The notes under the pieces were generated by a model. The model did not search any database. It had not been told where the DNA came from and worked only from the letters and a program-made list of their open reading frames with translations. A stretch of 64,000 nt of DNA from Promethearchaeota archaeon (GTDB taxonomy: Archaea > Asgardarchaeota > Hermodarchaeia > Hermodarchaeales > Hermodarchaeaceae). A program made the translations under genes and the position numbers. Where the stretch lies: contig JBHLPH010000003.1 of assembly GCA_048939625.1 (NCBI GenBank), positions 1-64,000 on the forward strand. Direction: 5' to 3'. Shown here one piece after another: positions 19,034 to 28,260 of this stretch (the first letter of the stretch is position 1; each line of letters starts with the position of its first letter).

Positions 19034-20764
19034 GTGAAGGATGAACCACAATCGTCTACACAAGCATTAATTCGAAAATATACTCTAGCCAACGCCATCA
19101 AATTTGACGGAAAGGCCAATTCAAAAGCAGTTATTGGAAAACTGTTGGCTGAACAACCAGAATTGCGACCCAAGGCGCGAGATATTATTGCTCAAGTAAA
19201 TCAAATCGTAAATCAAGTCAACCAGATGTCTGTTACAGATCAAATCTCAGAGCTTGAAACACTTGCCCCAGAATTACTTGAGACTACCAAAGAACGTCGA
19301 GTTAAAGAGTTACCACCGTTACCGAAGGCAGAGCCAGGAAAGGTCGTTACACGGTTACCACCTGAACCAAGTGGATTTCCCCATATTGGGCACGCTTATG
19401 CAGGCTATATCAACTGGTATTATGCACGAAAGTACGACGGAAAAGTAATTCTTCGATTTGAAGATACCAATCCCCGGAATGTCCACCAAGAATTTTATGA
19501 TGCCTTCAAAGAGGGATACCAATGGATGGATATCGACTGGGATGAAGAACTCACGGTATCCGATGATATCCCCTATTTTTACAAACACGCAGAAGAACTG
19601 CTCAAACGTAATGAAGCCTATTTTTGTACTTGCCCTGCAGAAACGATTAGTGAGAACCGGCGAACAGGTACAGAATGCCCACACCGCGACTCGGAGAGCA
19701 ATGAAAACCAATCCATTTGGGATAAAATCCTCGAAGGTCAATACGCTGAAGGCGAGATTGTGTGTCGACTTCGAATCGATATGACTCATCCAAACGCTGT
19801 AATGCGGGATCCGAATATCTTCCGTATCATTGACTACCCCCATCCTATCCAAGGAGATCGCTACAGACTCTGGCCAACTTATGATTTTGCCAACGCCTTA
19901 GAGGATTACCAGAATGGCATTAGCCACGTTTTACGAAGCAACGAATTCTCCACAAGAGGAGAACTCCAGACCTACATCAGAGACCTGTTTAAATACCCCC
20001 AGCCGCTCATTCAGGAATGGTCGCGATTTGCCATTGAAGGAAGCCCCGTCAGTAAGCGAAAGATTCGACCACTCATCGAATCAAAGATGATCAGGGGCTG
20101 GGATGATATTCGTCTAACAACCTTACCAGCTCTTCGTCGTCGTGGTATTCTTCCTGAGGCTATTCGAGAAATGACACGAGAAGTCGGATTAAGCGTAGCG
20201 CAACCTATTCTTGATTGGTCCGTTCTATTGGGAATCAATCGAAAAATCGTTGACCCAATCGCTAATCGCTATTATTGTGTCACACAACCAAAAGAGGTCA
20301 AAATAACAGACGCCAAACCCTTCGTTGCAGAAATCCCGCTCCACCCCGATTTCAAGGACCGGGGAAGCCGTAAAATTCCAATCGAAGACTACGTCCTGAT
20401 TGATGGACAAGACGCGGATCAACTTAGCAAAGGCGACATTTTCCGACTAAAACATGTCTTCAATTTACAAGTTGAAAGAAAGACGACGAAAACCCTGGAG
20501 TGCTCATTTGCTGGCAATTCCTTAGAACAGGCATCACTTAAAATCCAATGGGTTACTACCGCTTCCGTTCCTGTTCAACTGTCAATTCCCGATGTGCTTC
20601 TTATCAATGGAAAATATAATCCCAAGAGTCTTCAAATCGTTAAGGGGCTTGGAGAACAGCACCTTAAGAAGTTAGAAACCGGCACTATCGTGCAATTAGA
20701 ACGTAAGGGTTTTGGTTTTGTTGAGCAAAATGGGGAGAAAGTCAACATAAACATGACTGAATGA
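19034..20764 (+). CDS. gltX: Glutamate--tRNA ligase
   Basis: PEPSGFPHIGH, RFEDTNP, LWPTYDF and VSKRK (KMSKS equivalent). Confidence 0.96.
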   Translation: MKDEPQSSTQALIRKYTLANAIKFDGKANSKAVIGKLLAEQPELRPKARDIIAQVNQIVNQVNQMSVTDQISELETLAPELLETTKERRVKELPPLPKAEPGKVVTRLPPEPSGFPHIGHAYAGYINWYYARKYDGKVILRFEDTNPRNVHQEFYDAFKEGYQWMDIDWDEELTVSDDIPYFYKHAEELLKRNEAYFCTCPAETISENRRTGTECPHRDSESNENQSIWDKILEGQYAEGEIVCRLRIDMTHPNAVMRDPNIFRIIDYPHPIQGDRYRLWPTYDFANALEDYQNGISHVLRSNEFSTRGELQTYIRDLFKYPQPLIQEWSRFAIEGSPVSKRKIRPLIESKMIRGWDDIRLTTLPALRRRGILPEAIREMTREVGLSVAQPILDWSVLLGINRKIVDPIANRYYCVTQPKEVKITDAKPFVAEIPLHPDFKDRGSRKIPIEDYVLIDGQDADQLSKGDIFRLKHVFNLQVERKTTKTLECSFAGNSLEQASLKIQWVTTASVPVQLSIPDVLLINGKYNPKSLQIVKGLGEQHLKKLETGTIVQLERKGFGFVEQNGEKVNINMTE

Positions 20765-20844
20765 AGTATGGCACAAAGATTTTAGAGCGCTAACTCTAAG
20801 TACCGTATATCTCAAATTGCGCAGTCGGGGGTACAGGCTTAGCA

Positions 20845-21744
20845 ATGGCCGAGGAAGTACAGCGTGCACTTGACAATCTTCGTTTCGACCGAATGGTCAA
20901 AGCATTCTGTATCATATCTCCTGAAAACGAAATCTATCAAAGCACACTTGATTCTGACACACAAGCGATGGTCAAACAAACAGTGAGCCTCTACAAGGGA
21001 CAAATCAGCCAACTTACAGTTAATACCGAAGCAGGACTTGTAGTAATCTCAAAAATTGCTGATAACTGGCTCCTAGCAGTCCTTTTTCCTCCCAACCTAT
21101 CACTAGGCATTGCAGTAGTAAAAACAAAAGCAACGCTCCTGGCATTAAGGGAGCTTGATTTAAACATCATTGAAACCATACCAGAAGCACCCGCAAAACC
21201 AGCCCCTGCCACTCAACCTAAACCAGCCACTCCACCCCCTGTTCCTCCCCCTAAACCAGAATCGATGCCCGTTGAAACTCCCACCCCTACACCTCAACCA
21301 AAAGTTGAGCCAAAACCTACCGAAACCACTACTCCTTCCCCCGCCCCTCCTGCACCTGAACCTATCCCTCCCCCTGCAACCGAACCCTCGATTTCAATAC
21401 CAGATTCAATGCCACCTCCAGTTGAACCCCCTCCACCAGAAGCAACAGAAGTAGCAACACCTCCACCACCCCCACCTCCTTCACCAGGTGATGACCAAAT
21501 CGATCTGGGATTTGTGCCCCAAGGTGGGGAAGATTTACTGGCAGCACTAGACACGGGTTCACCTGTAGGGAGTGCACTTTACGATAAGTTTGGTCCATAT
21601 GCGCGGGATGTTCTTTTTCTTGTCGATGGAAAACGTGATGTCAAGACCATCGCTTTCCTATTAGGACTCCCGGAATACGCCATCGTTGAAGTGCTTGAAT
21701 TTGCTATTACTAACCGAATTCTTGCTAGTCCAGTGAGTGCTTAA
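20845..21744 (+). CDS. Roadblock/profilin-like domain + proline-rich linker + winged helix
   Basis: N-terminal alpha/beta domain, ~100-aa Pro-rich tract, C-terminal LVDGKRDVKTIAFLLGL. Confidence 0.65.
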   Translation: MAEEVQRALDNLRFDRMVKAFCIISPENEIYQSTLDSDTQAMVKQTVSLYKGQISQLTVNTEAGLVVISKIADNWLLAVLFPPNLSLGIAVVKTKATLLALRELDLNIIETIPEAPAKPAPATQPKPATPPPVPPPKPESMPVETPTPTPQPKVEPKPTETTTPSPAPPAPEPIPPPATEPSISIPDSMPPPVEPPPPEATEVATPPPPPPPSPGDDQIDLGFVPQGGEDLLAALDTGSPVGSALYDKFGPYARDVLFLVDGKRDVKTIAFLLGLPEYAIVEVLEFAITNRILASPVSA

Positions 21745-21770
21745 CCTGAACAGAGTTCAATAAGCACCCA

Positions 21771-21789
21771 TTATTTTTTTTAAAAAAAA
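21771..21789. terminator. Bidirectional oligo-T terminator
   Basis: T8 immediately followed by A8, between convergent transcription units. Confidence 0.55.
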
Positions 21790-21927
21790 TAGAGCCGGAA
21801 GGGCAGTCGAGGGAGGAGGGATGTTTTGGAGGGCAAGGACGACTCGGACCTGAGACCTCTTTAGGAAAATTCTGCCTATGAGGATTCTTTTCTAGTTTTA
21901 AAATTGCTTCACTGCCACAACCGGCAC
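21790..21927 (-). ncRNA. Candidate standalone small RNA
   Basis: 5'/3' ends pair (GCCGG/CCGGC, GGCAGU/ACUGCC). TATA-like ATTAAATT lies ~27 nt upstream and a U-run downstream. No credible ORF. Confidence 0.55.
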
Positions 21928-22020
21928 ATGCATTATCCCGTACATGAATTTAATTGTTTCATTTTTTCTCAAACAATTATCGATTATTTTGCGATTATCA
22001 CAATTAAATTTGTGTTAAGC

Positions 22021-22629
22021 TTAAGAGTCATCCTGATATTTCTCGATAATCGTATTCTCTTCTCCACATTGGATGCAAATTAACGGTCGGGAGCGATATG
22101 TGGCACCACATTTAGAACAGGTGGATTCTATGTGCGCGGGCGCCTTTGTGGGAGCGGGTTGCTGACGGTGATGAATGGAGAATGGGAGCGTGATTAACGT
22201 CGCAAGACCCAACATGATACCCAGAGGGAACAGGGTTTGCCAGATTAGGAAATGCAGCAATAGCCCAATTGAGAAACCCGGTAGAAAGAGGTATTTGATA
22301 GTAAAGAGAAACCAGGTTCCGGCAGGGAGCAGAATAGCTACAGTAAGGGTTAAGAGAGTGATGTTTAATTTTCGGATGGTGAGGGCAATAATAATGGTGA
22401 TAAGTAGCCAAAGAATGAGTGAGAACTGGAAGAAGACATTTAGCAAGAGATCGATTGTCGCCATTACCCATGCTAGTTCGTACAGCAAAAGTGGGTCGAC
22501 GAGAGGAAGATAGGTAGTGTAGACAAGAGGTTGCAGTATGTGACCTTGGGTAAGGTAGATGATAATGGCGGCACCAATACTTATGAGAAGCCCTAGGGGG
22601 GCAATCCTTGAACTCCTAAGGCTAGGCAT
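22021..22629 (-). CDS. Multi-pass membrane protein with C-terminal zinc ribbon
   Basis: 4-5 TM segments, CSKCG...CIQCG. ATG at 22629 avoids overlap with the upstream gene. Confidence 0.75.
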   Translation of the reverse strand: MPSLRSSRIAPLGLLISIGAAIIIYLTQGHILQPLVYTTYLPLVDPLLLYELAWVMATIDLLLNVFFQFSLILWLLITIIIALTIRKLNITLLTLTVAILLPAGTWFLFTIKYLFLPGFSIGLLLHFLIWQTLFPLGIMLGLATLITLPFSIHHRQQPAPTKAPAHIESTCSKCGATYRSRPLICIQCGEENTIIEKYQDDS

Positions 22630-22666
22630 AGTAGGAGCCTTTGAGTTTTGGCTTATTAATGTGGTT

Positions 22667-23149
22667 CTAGTGCGCCTCAAATTGCGAAGTGAGGGTTCCG
22701 CCAATGACGCCTCCAACGGCGGCAATTAGTCCGGCGAGTAATCCATTGAGGACCCATGTGAGGAGGAGTGCACCATTTAGCCCACCTAAAAGGAAGTCTA
22801 GCCCATAACAAAGAAAGGGCGCAATCATTGCCATGATAAGGCCCGCAGCAGCACCTTTCATCATGTCTCGGGCAATTAATCCAGCAATCAGACCACCAAG
22901 GAGCCAGATGACGGGAGCTAAAATATAGACATTAAGGATATTGAGAAGCACATCATTGTAAATCATGAAAAGTTGATTTAATACAGGTTCAGTGAGAAAA
23001 ATCGTTGTAATTGCAGGAGGAATCAGACCAGCCCCGCTGAGCGGAAGAATTGCCAAGGCTGTTGCATAAATAAGTCCGTAGGTAATGCCTAATGTGGCCA
23101 AAAAGCCAATTACTATTCCGATGATTAAACTTGTGTTTGAGGATGCCAT
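22667..23149 (-). CDS. Gly/Ala-rich membrane protein
   Basis: Four hydrophobic helices with GxxxG motifs. Confidence 0.75.
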   Translation of the reverse strand: MASSNTSLIIGIVIGFLATLGITYGLIYATALAILPLSGAGLIPPAITTIFLTEPVLNQLFMIYNDVLLNILNVYILAPVIWLLGGLIAGLIARDMMKGAAAGLIMAMIAPFLCYGLDFLLGGLNGALLLTWVLNGLLAGLIAAVGGVIGGTLTSQFEAH

Positions 23150-23222
23150 ATAGCTTACCTCGATTCCTTGATTATGAGAGGAGAATGATGATTTAAAGTT
23201 GTTTACATCAAATGGTTATCGC

Positions 23223-24434
23223 TTAGACTATGCGAAGTTTCCGTAATTCCTGCATCAGAGTAATCAGTTTGCGGTCCTTGGTCGCCATAGCTTTCATGAA
23301 AATCTTGACCTTTTTCCCTGCGGTCATTCGCACGATTGATTCGCCGGTCACAATTTCCGCCAGCTTATCTAGAGTCGCATCTTCTGTTTCTAGGATGAGA
23401 TCTCGGAGTTTGAGAGATTGATCGAATTCGCCCCCATACAGTTTACGCCATTCTTTCTCATATTTGTGTAAGTGCTGAGCACTAATTGTCCCTTTTTGGA
23501 TGCATTCAGCGGCAACCCGACCAGCGATGCTTCCACAGACCATAGCATAACCCATACCTCCACCGGTGATTGGGTGAATTTGACCAGCTGCATCTCCAAC
23601 TAATAGCGCGCCATCAACTACGTTCGTTTTATTCGGTCCGCAAACGGGTAATGCCCCCACTCTGGTTTCGATGACCCGAGCCTTACTTAATTGCTGTTTT
23701 GCGACTTTATGGTGTTTTAAGAAATGATCCAGATACTCCTTGGCGGTTTTGGTTTCTACGCCTCCACCGATTCCGATTCCGACATTGGCGCGCCTTGCAC
23801 CTTTAGGAAAAATCCAGATATATCCTCGCGGAGACAGTTCACTTCCAAGGAGGAATTCCATTAAATCTGTGACTTCAAGGTCACAGTTAGCCATCTCATA
23901 ACCAAAACAGGAGTCGATATCATCCGGTTTGTAGGCTTTGCGAAGACCTGTTAACCGGGCGATTTGGCTGTTCACGCCATCAGCACCGATGACAACTTGC
24001 GCCTTGAGAGTTTTTCGTTTCCCATCATGTCGTACAACGACACCAGTTACAGTTCCGTTTGATCGGGTAATGTCTAATACTCGCGCACCTAGTAAGCTTT
24101 CAGCTCCGGCTTCTGTGGCTCGAGCAAAAAGCTCCTTGTCAAAGATACGTCTGTCAATCGTGAATCCACTGGCTTCCTCGGTAGCATAATCAACAGATAG
24201 TTGTCCAGGGCTGTAGAGACGAAAACCACGAAGTGGTGCCCGAATTGACTCCTCAGGGATATCAATTTCTGCAACACCTGGTCCTGTTTTCCCAATAGCC
24301 TCACCACATTGGACAGGAATACCGACGTTTGTTTTTCTATCTACGATGGTTACTTTTACTCCTGCACGGAGAGCACCGACAGCAGTGGATGAACCTGCAG
24401 GTCCAGCACCAACCACAATTATATGATCTGACAA
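23223..24434 (-). CDS. Geranylgeranyl reductase (digeranylgeranylglycerophospholipid reductase)
   Basis: GAGPAG, PVQCGEA, GYIWIFPKG, GDAAG..HPITGGG. Confidence 0.92.
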   Translation of the reverse strand: MSDHIIVVGAGPAGSSTAVGALRAGVKVTIVDRKTNVGIPVQCGEAIGKTGPGVAEIDIPEESIRAPLRGFRLYSPGQLSVDYATEEASGFTIDRRIFDKELFARATEAGAESLLGARVLDITRSNGTVTGVVVRHDGKRKTLKAQVVIGADGVNSQIARLTGLRKAYKPDDIDSCFGYEMANCDLEVTDLMEFLLGSELSPRGYIWIFPKGARRANVGIGIGGGVETKTAKEYLDHFLKHHKVAKQQLSKARVIETRVGALPVCGPNKTNVVDGALLVGDAAGQIHPITGGGMGYAMVCGSIAGRVAAECIQKGTISAQHLHKYEKEWRKLYGGEFDQSLKLRDLILETEDATLDKLAEIVTGESIVRMTAGKKVKIFMKAMATKDRKLITLMQELRKLRIV

Positions 24435-24465
24435 GTTTTCATTCTCCTTGGATTCGTAATTATTG

Positions 24466-24687
24466 TTAACGGTCTATGAGAGTGATAGCTCCTACAGGAC
24501 ATACTTTTACGCAAGTACCACATCCTGTGCAAGTCGCAGGTATAACTATAATATAGCTCTCTGTGACTTCAATGGCATTAACGGGGCACACTGTGGCACA
24601 GGCTTGGCATACCCCGCAGAGTTCACCATCAACGTCAGCGAGTTTTTTTGTAGTTTTTTTCCTAGATGCGGATGAGGTAGGAGACAT
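24466..24687 (-). CDS. 2[4Fe-4S] ferredoxin
   Basis: CGVCQACATVCP and CTGCGTCVKVCP, directly upstream of GGR. Confidence 0.9.
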   Translation of the reverse strand: MSPTSSASRKKTTKKLADVDGELCGVCQACATVCPVNAIEVTESYIIVIPATCTGCGTCVKVCPVGAITLIDR

Positions 24688-24747
24688 CTTATTAGCATCC
24701 TCAGAATTCTTAGGGAGAACACGGTAGGTCAAGCTTTTTGAGCCTTT

Positions 24748-25671
24748 CTACTGTTTGCCTTGTTTTGCACTCGTGAAAATGAGGTATGCCCCTTGTGGTG
24801 GGATAATACCGTGTTCTGTGATTAAGGCATCGATGTGTTCATGTCCAGTCACATCAAAAAGAGGATTGCGAATTTTAATTTTAGGATTAATTTCACTACT
24901 TGGAACGACTTGTTCTGGATTTCCCTCTTCTAACGTGATTAGTCTTCCTAAGAGCGTTTCGTGAGAGAACTTGTAGCTTCCCACAGCAATAAGTACACGA
25001 ACCCGTGCACCATGGCATAATTCAGCAAGTGTTGCAGTTCCCACCTTGGAGACAATGGCGCCATTAGCGGCGATTGCCTCACCTCCTGCTAAGAGAACAT
25101 CGATATCTGATAGGAAAATACGGGCCGCAAAATCGGTAACCAGAGTAACAGGAATCCCTAACTCGGCAACTTCAGTAGCAAGCAGACGACCCTCCAAATC
25201 AGGACGACTTTCAGCAACAAAGACCCCAATTTCTTTGCCCTGTTCAACGACTTTTTGTAAGATTGCCAGTACTGTTGTGCTTCGGCATAGCGTTAGGATG
25301 CGATCTCCAGACCGGATACGTTTCGAACCGATTTCACCGATTTGTTGTTTCGCTTGTGCAATTCGTGTAACGAACTCATCACAAGCATCCCTTATACTGT
25401 GTCGCATCTCTTTCAATGTCTTCTTTTCATAGAACGCATTCTGAGCCGCAGCTTCTATAAGATCAAGGCAATTATGAAGAGCCGCTGAGGTTTGACGGGC
25501 TTCGCGGAGATCGTAAGCAGCTGTTTTTATTTGATTTAGGAGGGCCTTTGTAGATTTGGTTTTAGTTTTCAGTGTTAAATCCTTTAGAGCTGAAGCAGCT
25601 GCGATAGCCGTTCCATCTGCACTGGCGATTTCATATGATTTGAGTTTCTTCACGAGCCAGTCAAGCTTCAA
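24748..25671 (-). CDS. eIF2B alpha/beta/delta-family paralogue (degenerate R15P isomerase-like)
   Basis: ESRPDLEG and RNPLFDVT are retained. The RGA motif is lost and GAD becomes GGE. Likely TTG start at 25671 after GGAGG. Confidence 0.85.
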   Translation of the reverse strand: MKLDWLVKKLKSYEIASADGTAIAAASALKDLTLKTKTKSTKALLNQIKTAAYDLREARQTSAALHNCLDLIEAAAQNAFYEKKTLKEMRHSIRDACDEFVTRIAQAKQQIGEIGSKRIRSGDRILTLCRSTTVLAILQKVVEQGKEIGVFVAESRPDLEGRLLATEVAELGIPVTLVTDFAARIFLSDIDVLLAGGEAIAANGAIVSKVGTATLAELCHGARVRVLIAVGSYKFSHETLLGRLITLEEGNPEQVVPSSEINPKIKIRNPLFDVTGHEHIDALITEHGIIPPQGAYLIFTSAKQGKQ

Positions 25672-25735
25672 ACTATAACGCCTCCATAACAGCATTAATA
25701 CCTTGATGGCGTATTAAATTGCTCGGCGAACGGAA

Positions 25736-26725
25736 ATGGCCCTTATTCCTCAACAAACACAAAAAATCGCGGAAGATATTCGGACGATGCGTACACGAGG
25801 TGCAGGTCGAATAGCCCGTGCTGCAGCAAAGGGCTTGGTAACCGCCACTCAAGAATCAAAAGCGAAACGAATTCCTGCGCTTCTTCGAGATGTAGCATTA
25901 GCCGCTCAATTATTATACGAGACACGACCCTCTGCCGTTTCCCTACCTAACGCCCTACGGTACTATTATACTCGATTACTCACTCAGTCAGAGAAGGTAA
26001 AGGGAATCATTGAACTTAAAGCGATAGGACAAAAAATTGGACATGCTTTCATTGAAATGTCTAATAATGCGGTCAAAACTATTGGTCAGATTGGTTCGCG
26101 GTTGATTCAAAATGGGGATATCATATTCACCTACTGTAATAGTGCCACGGCCTTTGGCGTTTTAGAAACCGCGTATAAAATGGGAAAGGAGTTCACAGTG
26201 TATGTCCCTGAAACTCGTCCGAGATATCAAGGACATATTACTGCAACATGGTTAGATAAGGCTGGTATTCCCTGTTCTCTAATTACTGATAATTCGATTC
26301 GATTTCTAATTGCACGATCGGATAAGGTGTTTGTGGGGGCAGATGCAATTACAGCTAATGGTGCAGTTGTAAATAAGATAGGCACTAGTTTGGTTGCCTT
26401 GGCGGCAGATGAAGCGCGACTTGACTTCTTTGTTGCCGCAGAAAGTTACAAATTCAGCCCAGCTACAATGGCAGGCGAATTGATTGAAATTGAGGAACGT
26501 GACATAACTGAAGTTGTTTCAAAAGAGAAACTTGCTAGCTGGAACCATGTAAGTGTACGAAACCCAGCATTTGATGTAACCCCACCAGAATATATCGATG
26601 CCATTATTACAGAACAGGGAGTCATCCCCCCGCAAGGCGCAATTGCGATTCTCTTTAGGGAATTTGGCTGGTATTCAATAGAACAGGCTTTACCTTGGGA
26701 GCTTTATCTGAAGAAAAGCAAATGA
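25736..26725 (+). CDS. Ribose-1,5-bisphosphate isomerase
   Basis: MRTRGAGRIA, TRPSAVSLPNA, TYCNS, GADAITANGAVVNKIGT, RNPAFDVTP. Confidence 0.92.
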   Translation: MALIPQQTQKIAEDIRTMRTRGAGRIARAAAKGLVTATQESKAKRIPALLRDVALAAQLLYETRPSAVSLPNALRYYYTRLLTQSEKVKGIIELKAIGQKIGHAFIEMSNNAVKTIGQIGSRLIQNGDIIFTYCNSATAFGVLETAYKMGKEFTVYVPETRPRYQGHITATWLDKAGIPCSLITDNSIRFLIARSDKVFVGADAITANGAVVNKIGTSLVALAADEARLDFFVAAESYKFSPATMAGELIEIEERDITEVVSKEKLASWNHVSVRNPAFDVTPPEYIDAIITEQGVIPPQGAIAILFREFGWYSIEQALPWELYLKKSK

Positions 26726-26748
26726 AGTTGATAGAAGCCTGCTTTTAA

Positions 26749-27447
26749 CTATTCTTTATCAAGGGTACGAATTATTTTGCGCCATTCTTTGATTCGTGAT
26801 TCAGGAATTCCAGTAAGCAAGGCGAGATCGCGTGGGTTTTCTGTTTTTAGATTTTCGAGCGATTCAACGCCTAATTCTTTGAATTGTTTGACATCTGTTC
26901 GAGTAATTTCTGGGAGATCCTTGAGGTCCTTGAGTGCGGGTTCCTTGGCTTTTTCTGCACGGGCGGCTTTTGCCTTCTCTCGTTCATAGCGTTTTGCTGT
27001 ATCAACTAACTTTTCAGCACGGTTTCGCTTAATATCAGTCAACCGAGAAATCCGGCGAGGAGAAGTTGTAGCCAATTCGTGAATGCTCCGAATACCACCT
27101 TCCAAAAGTGTCTCGGCAACCTTCTTAGTAATACCAGTTAAGTTTGTTAAATCAGTTTCAATGGGCTCGACCTTTGGTTTGGATTTCTTGGGTTTAGGCT
27201 TCTCGGTGGCAGGTTTACGCTTAGGGGCTTTTGCGGTTTTTTCAAGTTTCTTAATCCGTTTAATAAAATCTTGGAGGAGTTTCACGTTTTCTGGGTGATG
27301 CGTTTTTCGCCTACTATCAATTGGAATAGCCATCCAACGTGCATCAGCTAGCCCGATACCTGCCTCTTTGAGTTCTTGGAGACTAAATCCCCGACCCTGA
27401 CGGGGTGCACCAGTTTGGGGAGCATGGATTTCTGGTCGGAATGCCAA
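26749..27447 (-). CDS. rpl13e: Ribosomal protein L13e fused to two helix-hairpin-helix modules
   Basis: RQGRGFSLQELKEAGI...IDSRRKT..ENV N-terminus, followed by two HhH-like repeats. Confidence 0.85.
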   Translation of the reverse strand: MAFRPEIHAPQTGAPRQGRGFSLQELKEAGIGLADARWMAIPIDSRRKTHHPENVKLLQDFIKRIKKLEKTAKAPKRKPATEKPKPKKSKPKVEPIETDLTNLTGITKKVAETLLEGGIRSIHELATTSPRRISRLTDIKRNRAEKLVDTAKRYEREKAKAARAEKAKEPALKDLKDLPEITRTDVKQFKELGVESLENLKTENPRDLALLTGIPESRIKEWRKIIRTLDKE

Positions 27448-27629
27448 GATAGATTCACCTGAAAGCTGAGTGTTGGAGACGAGAGGAGTCTGAGCTAAAA
27501 ATGTTTTGACCCATCAGATGAAATTGTGAGAGATGGGGTGGATACTAGCAAAACCGAAAAGAGAAGAAAACTTAAATTTGTGGGCATATTCGTGGGCAAT
27601 TAACTACTGAGATTGAGGTAATACAAATT

Positions 27630-28253
27630 ATGATGGGACAAGATGATAATCACCGATTAATGTCTCACACAACCACCGTTGCTGTGAAAGTAAATGGTGG
27701 TGTGATTTTAGGTACAGAATCACAAGCTTCAATGGGGTACCTTGTAGCAAGTGATACTGCTCCAAAGATACTTCAAATTACAGAGCATACAGCAATGACG
27801 ATTTCAGGATCTGTTGCTGATGCTCAACAACTCACAAATAACATTCGGGCTATTGCCCAACTTGAAGCTTTAGAAAAGGGTCGTGAGTTGACAGTCAAAG
27901 CGATTTCACGGTTAACCTCTTCGATTCTGTTCCGTAACCGGATGTTTCCACTTATCACGATGCTTATTGTTGGTGGAGTCGATGAAGAAGGAGGACACAT
28001 CTACATGCTTGATCCCTTGGGGAGCATGTTGGAGGAGGAAGAGTTTACAGCCACCGGTAGTGGCTCTGTTGTTGCTTACGGTGTACTTGAAGATGAATAC
28101 CGGAAGAATATGACAATTGAGGAAGGCAAAAACCTTGTTACACGCGCCGTTAATGCCGCAAGAAAACGCGATATCGCTTCTGGCGGAGCTATCCAAATGG
28201 CGATCATCAACACTGAGGGTGTTGATATCTCTCGGGAACAGTTAAACGGATAA
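27630..28253 (+). CDS. psmB: Proteasome beta subunit
   Basis: Short propeptide then TTTV, SGSVADAQ, ATGSGS, RDIASGG. Confidence 0.95.
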   Translation: MMGQDDNHRLMSHTTTVAVKVNGGVILGTESQASMGYLVASDTAPKILQITEHTAMTISGSVADAQQLTNNIRAIAQLEALEKGRELTVKAISRLTSSILFRNRMFPLITMLIVGGVDEEGGHIYMLDPLGSMLEEEEFTATGSGSVVAYGVLEDEYRKNMTIEEGKNLVTRAVNAARKRDIASGGAIQMAIINTEGVDISREQLNG

Positions 28254-28260
28254 TTCGAAT

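Noticed and set aside
21730-21930. Cys-containing minus-strand peptide over the candidate ncRNA
   Set aside because: The frame has no ATG after the upstream stop and overlaps the terminator; the RNA explanation fits better.
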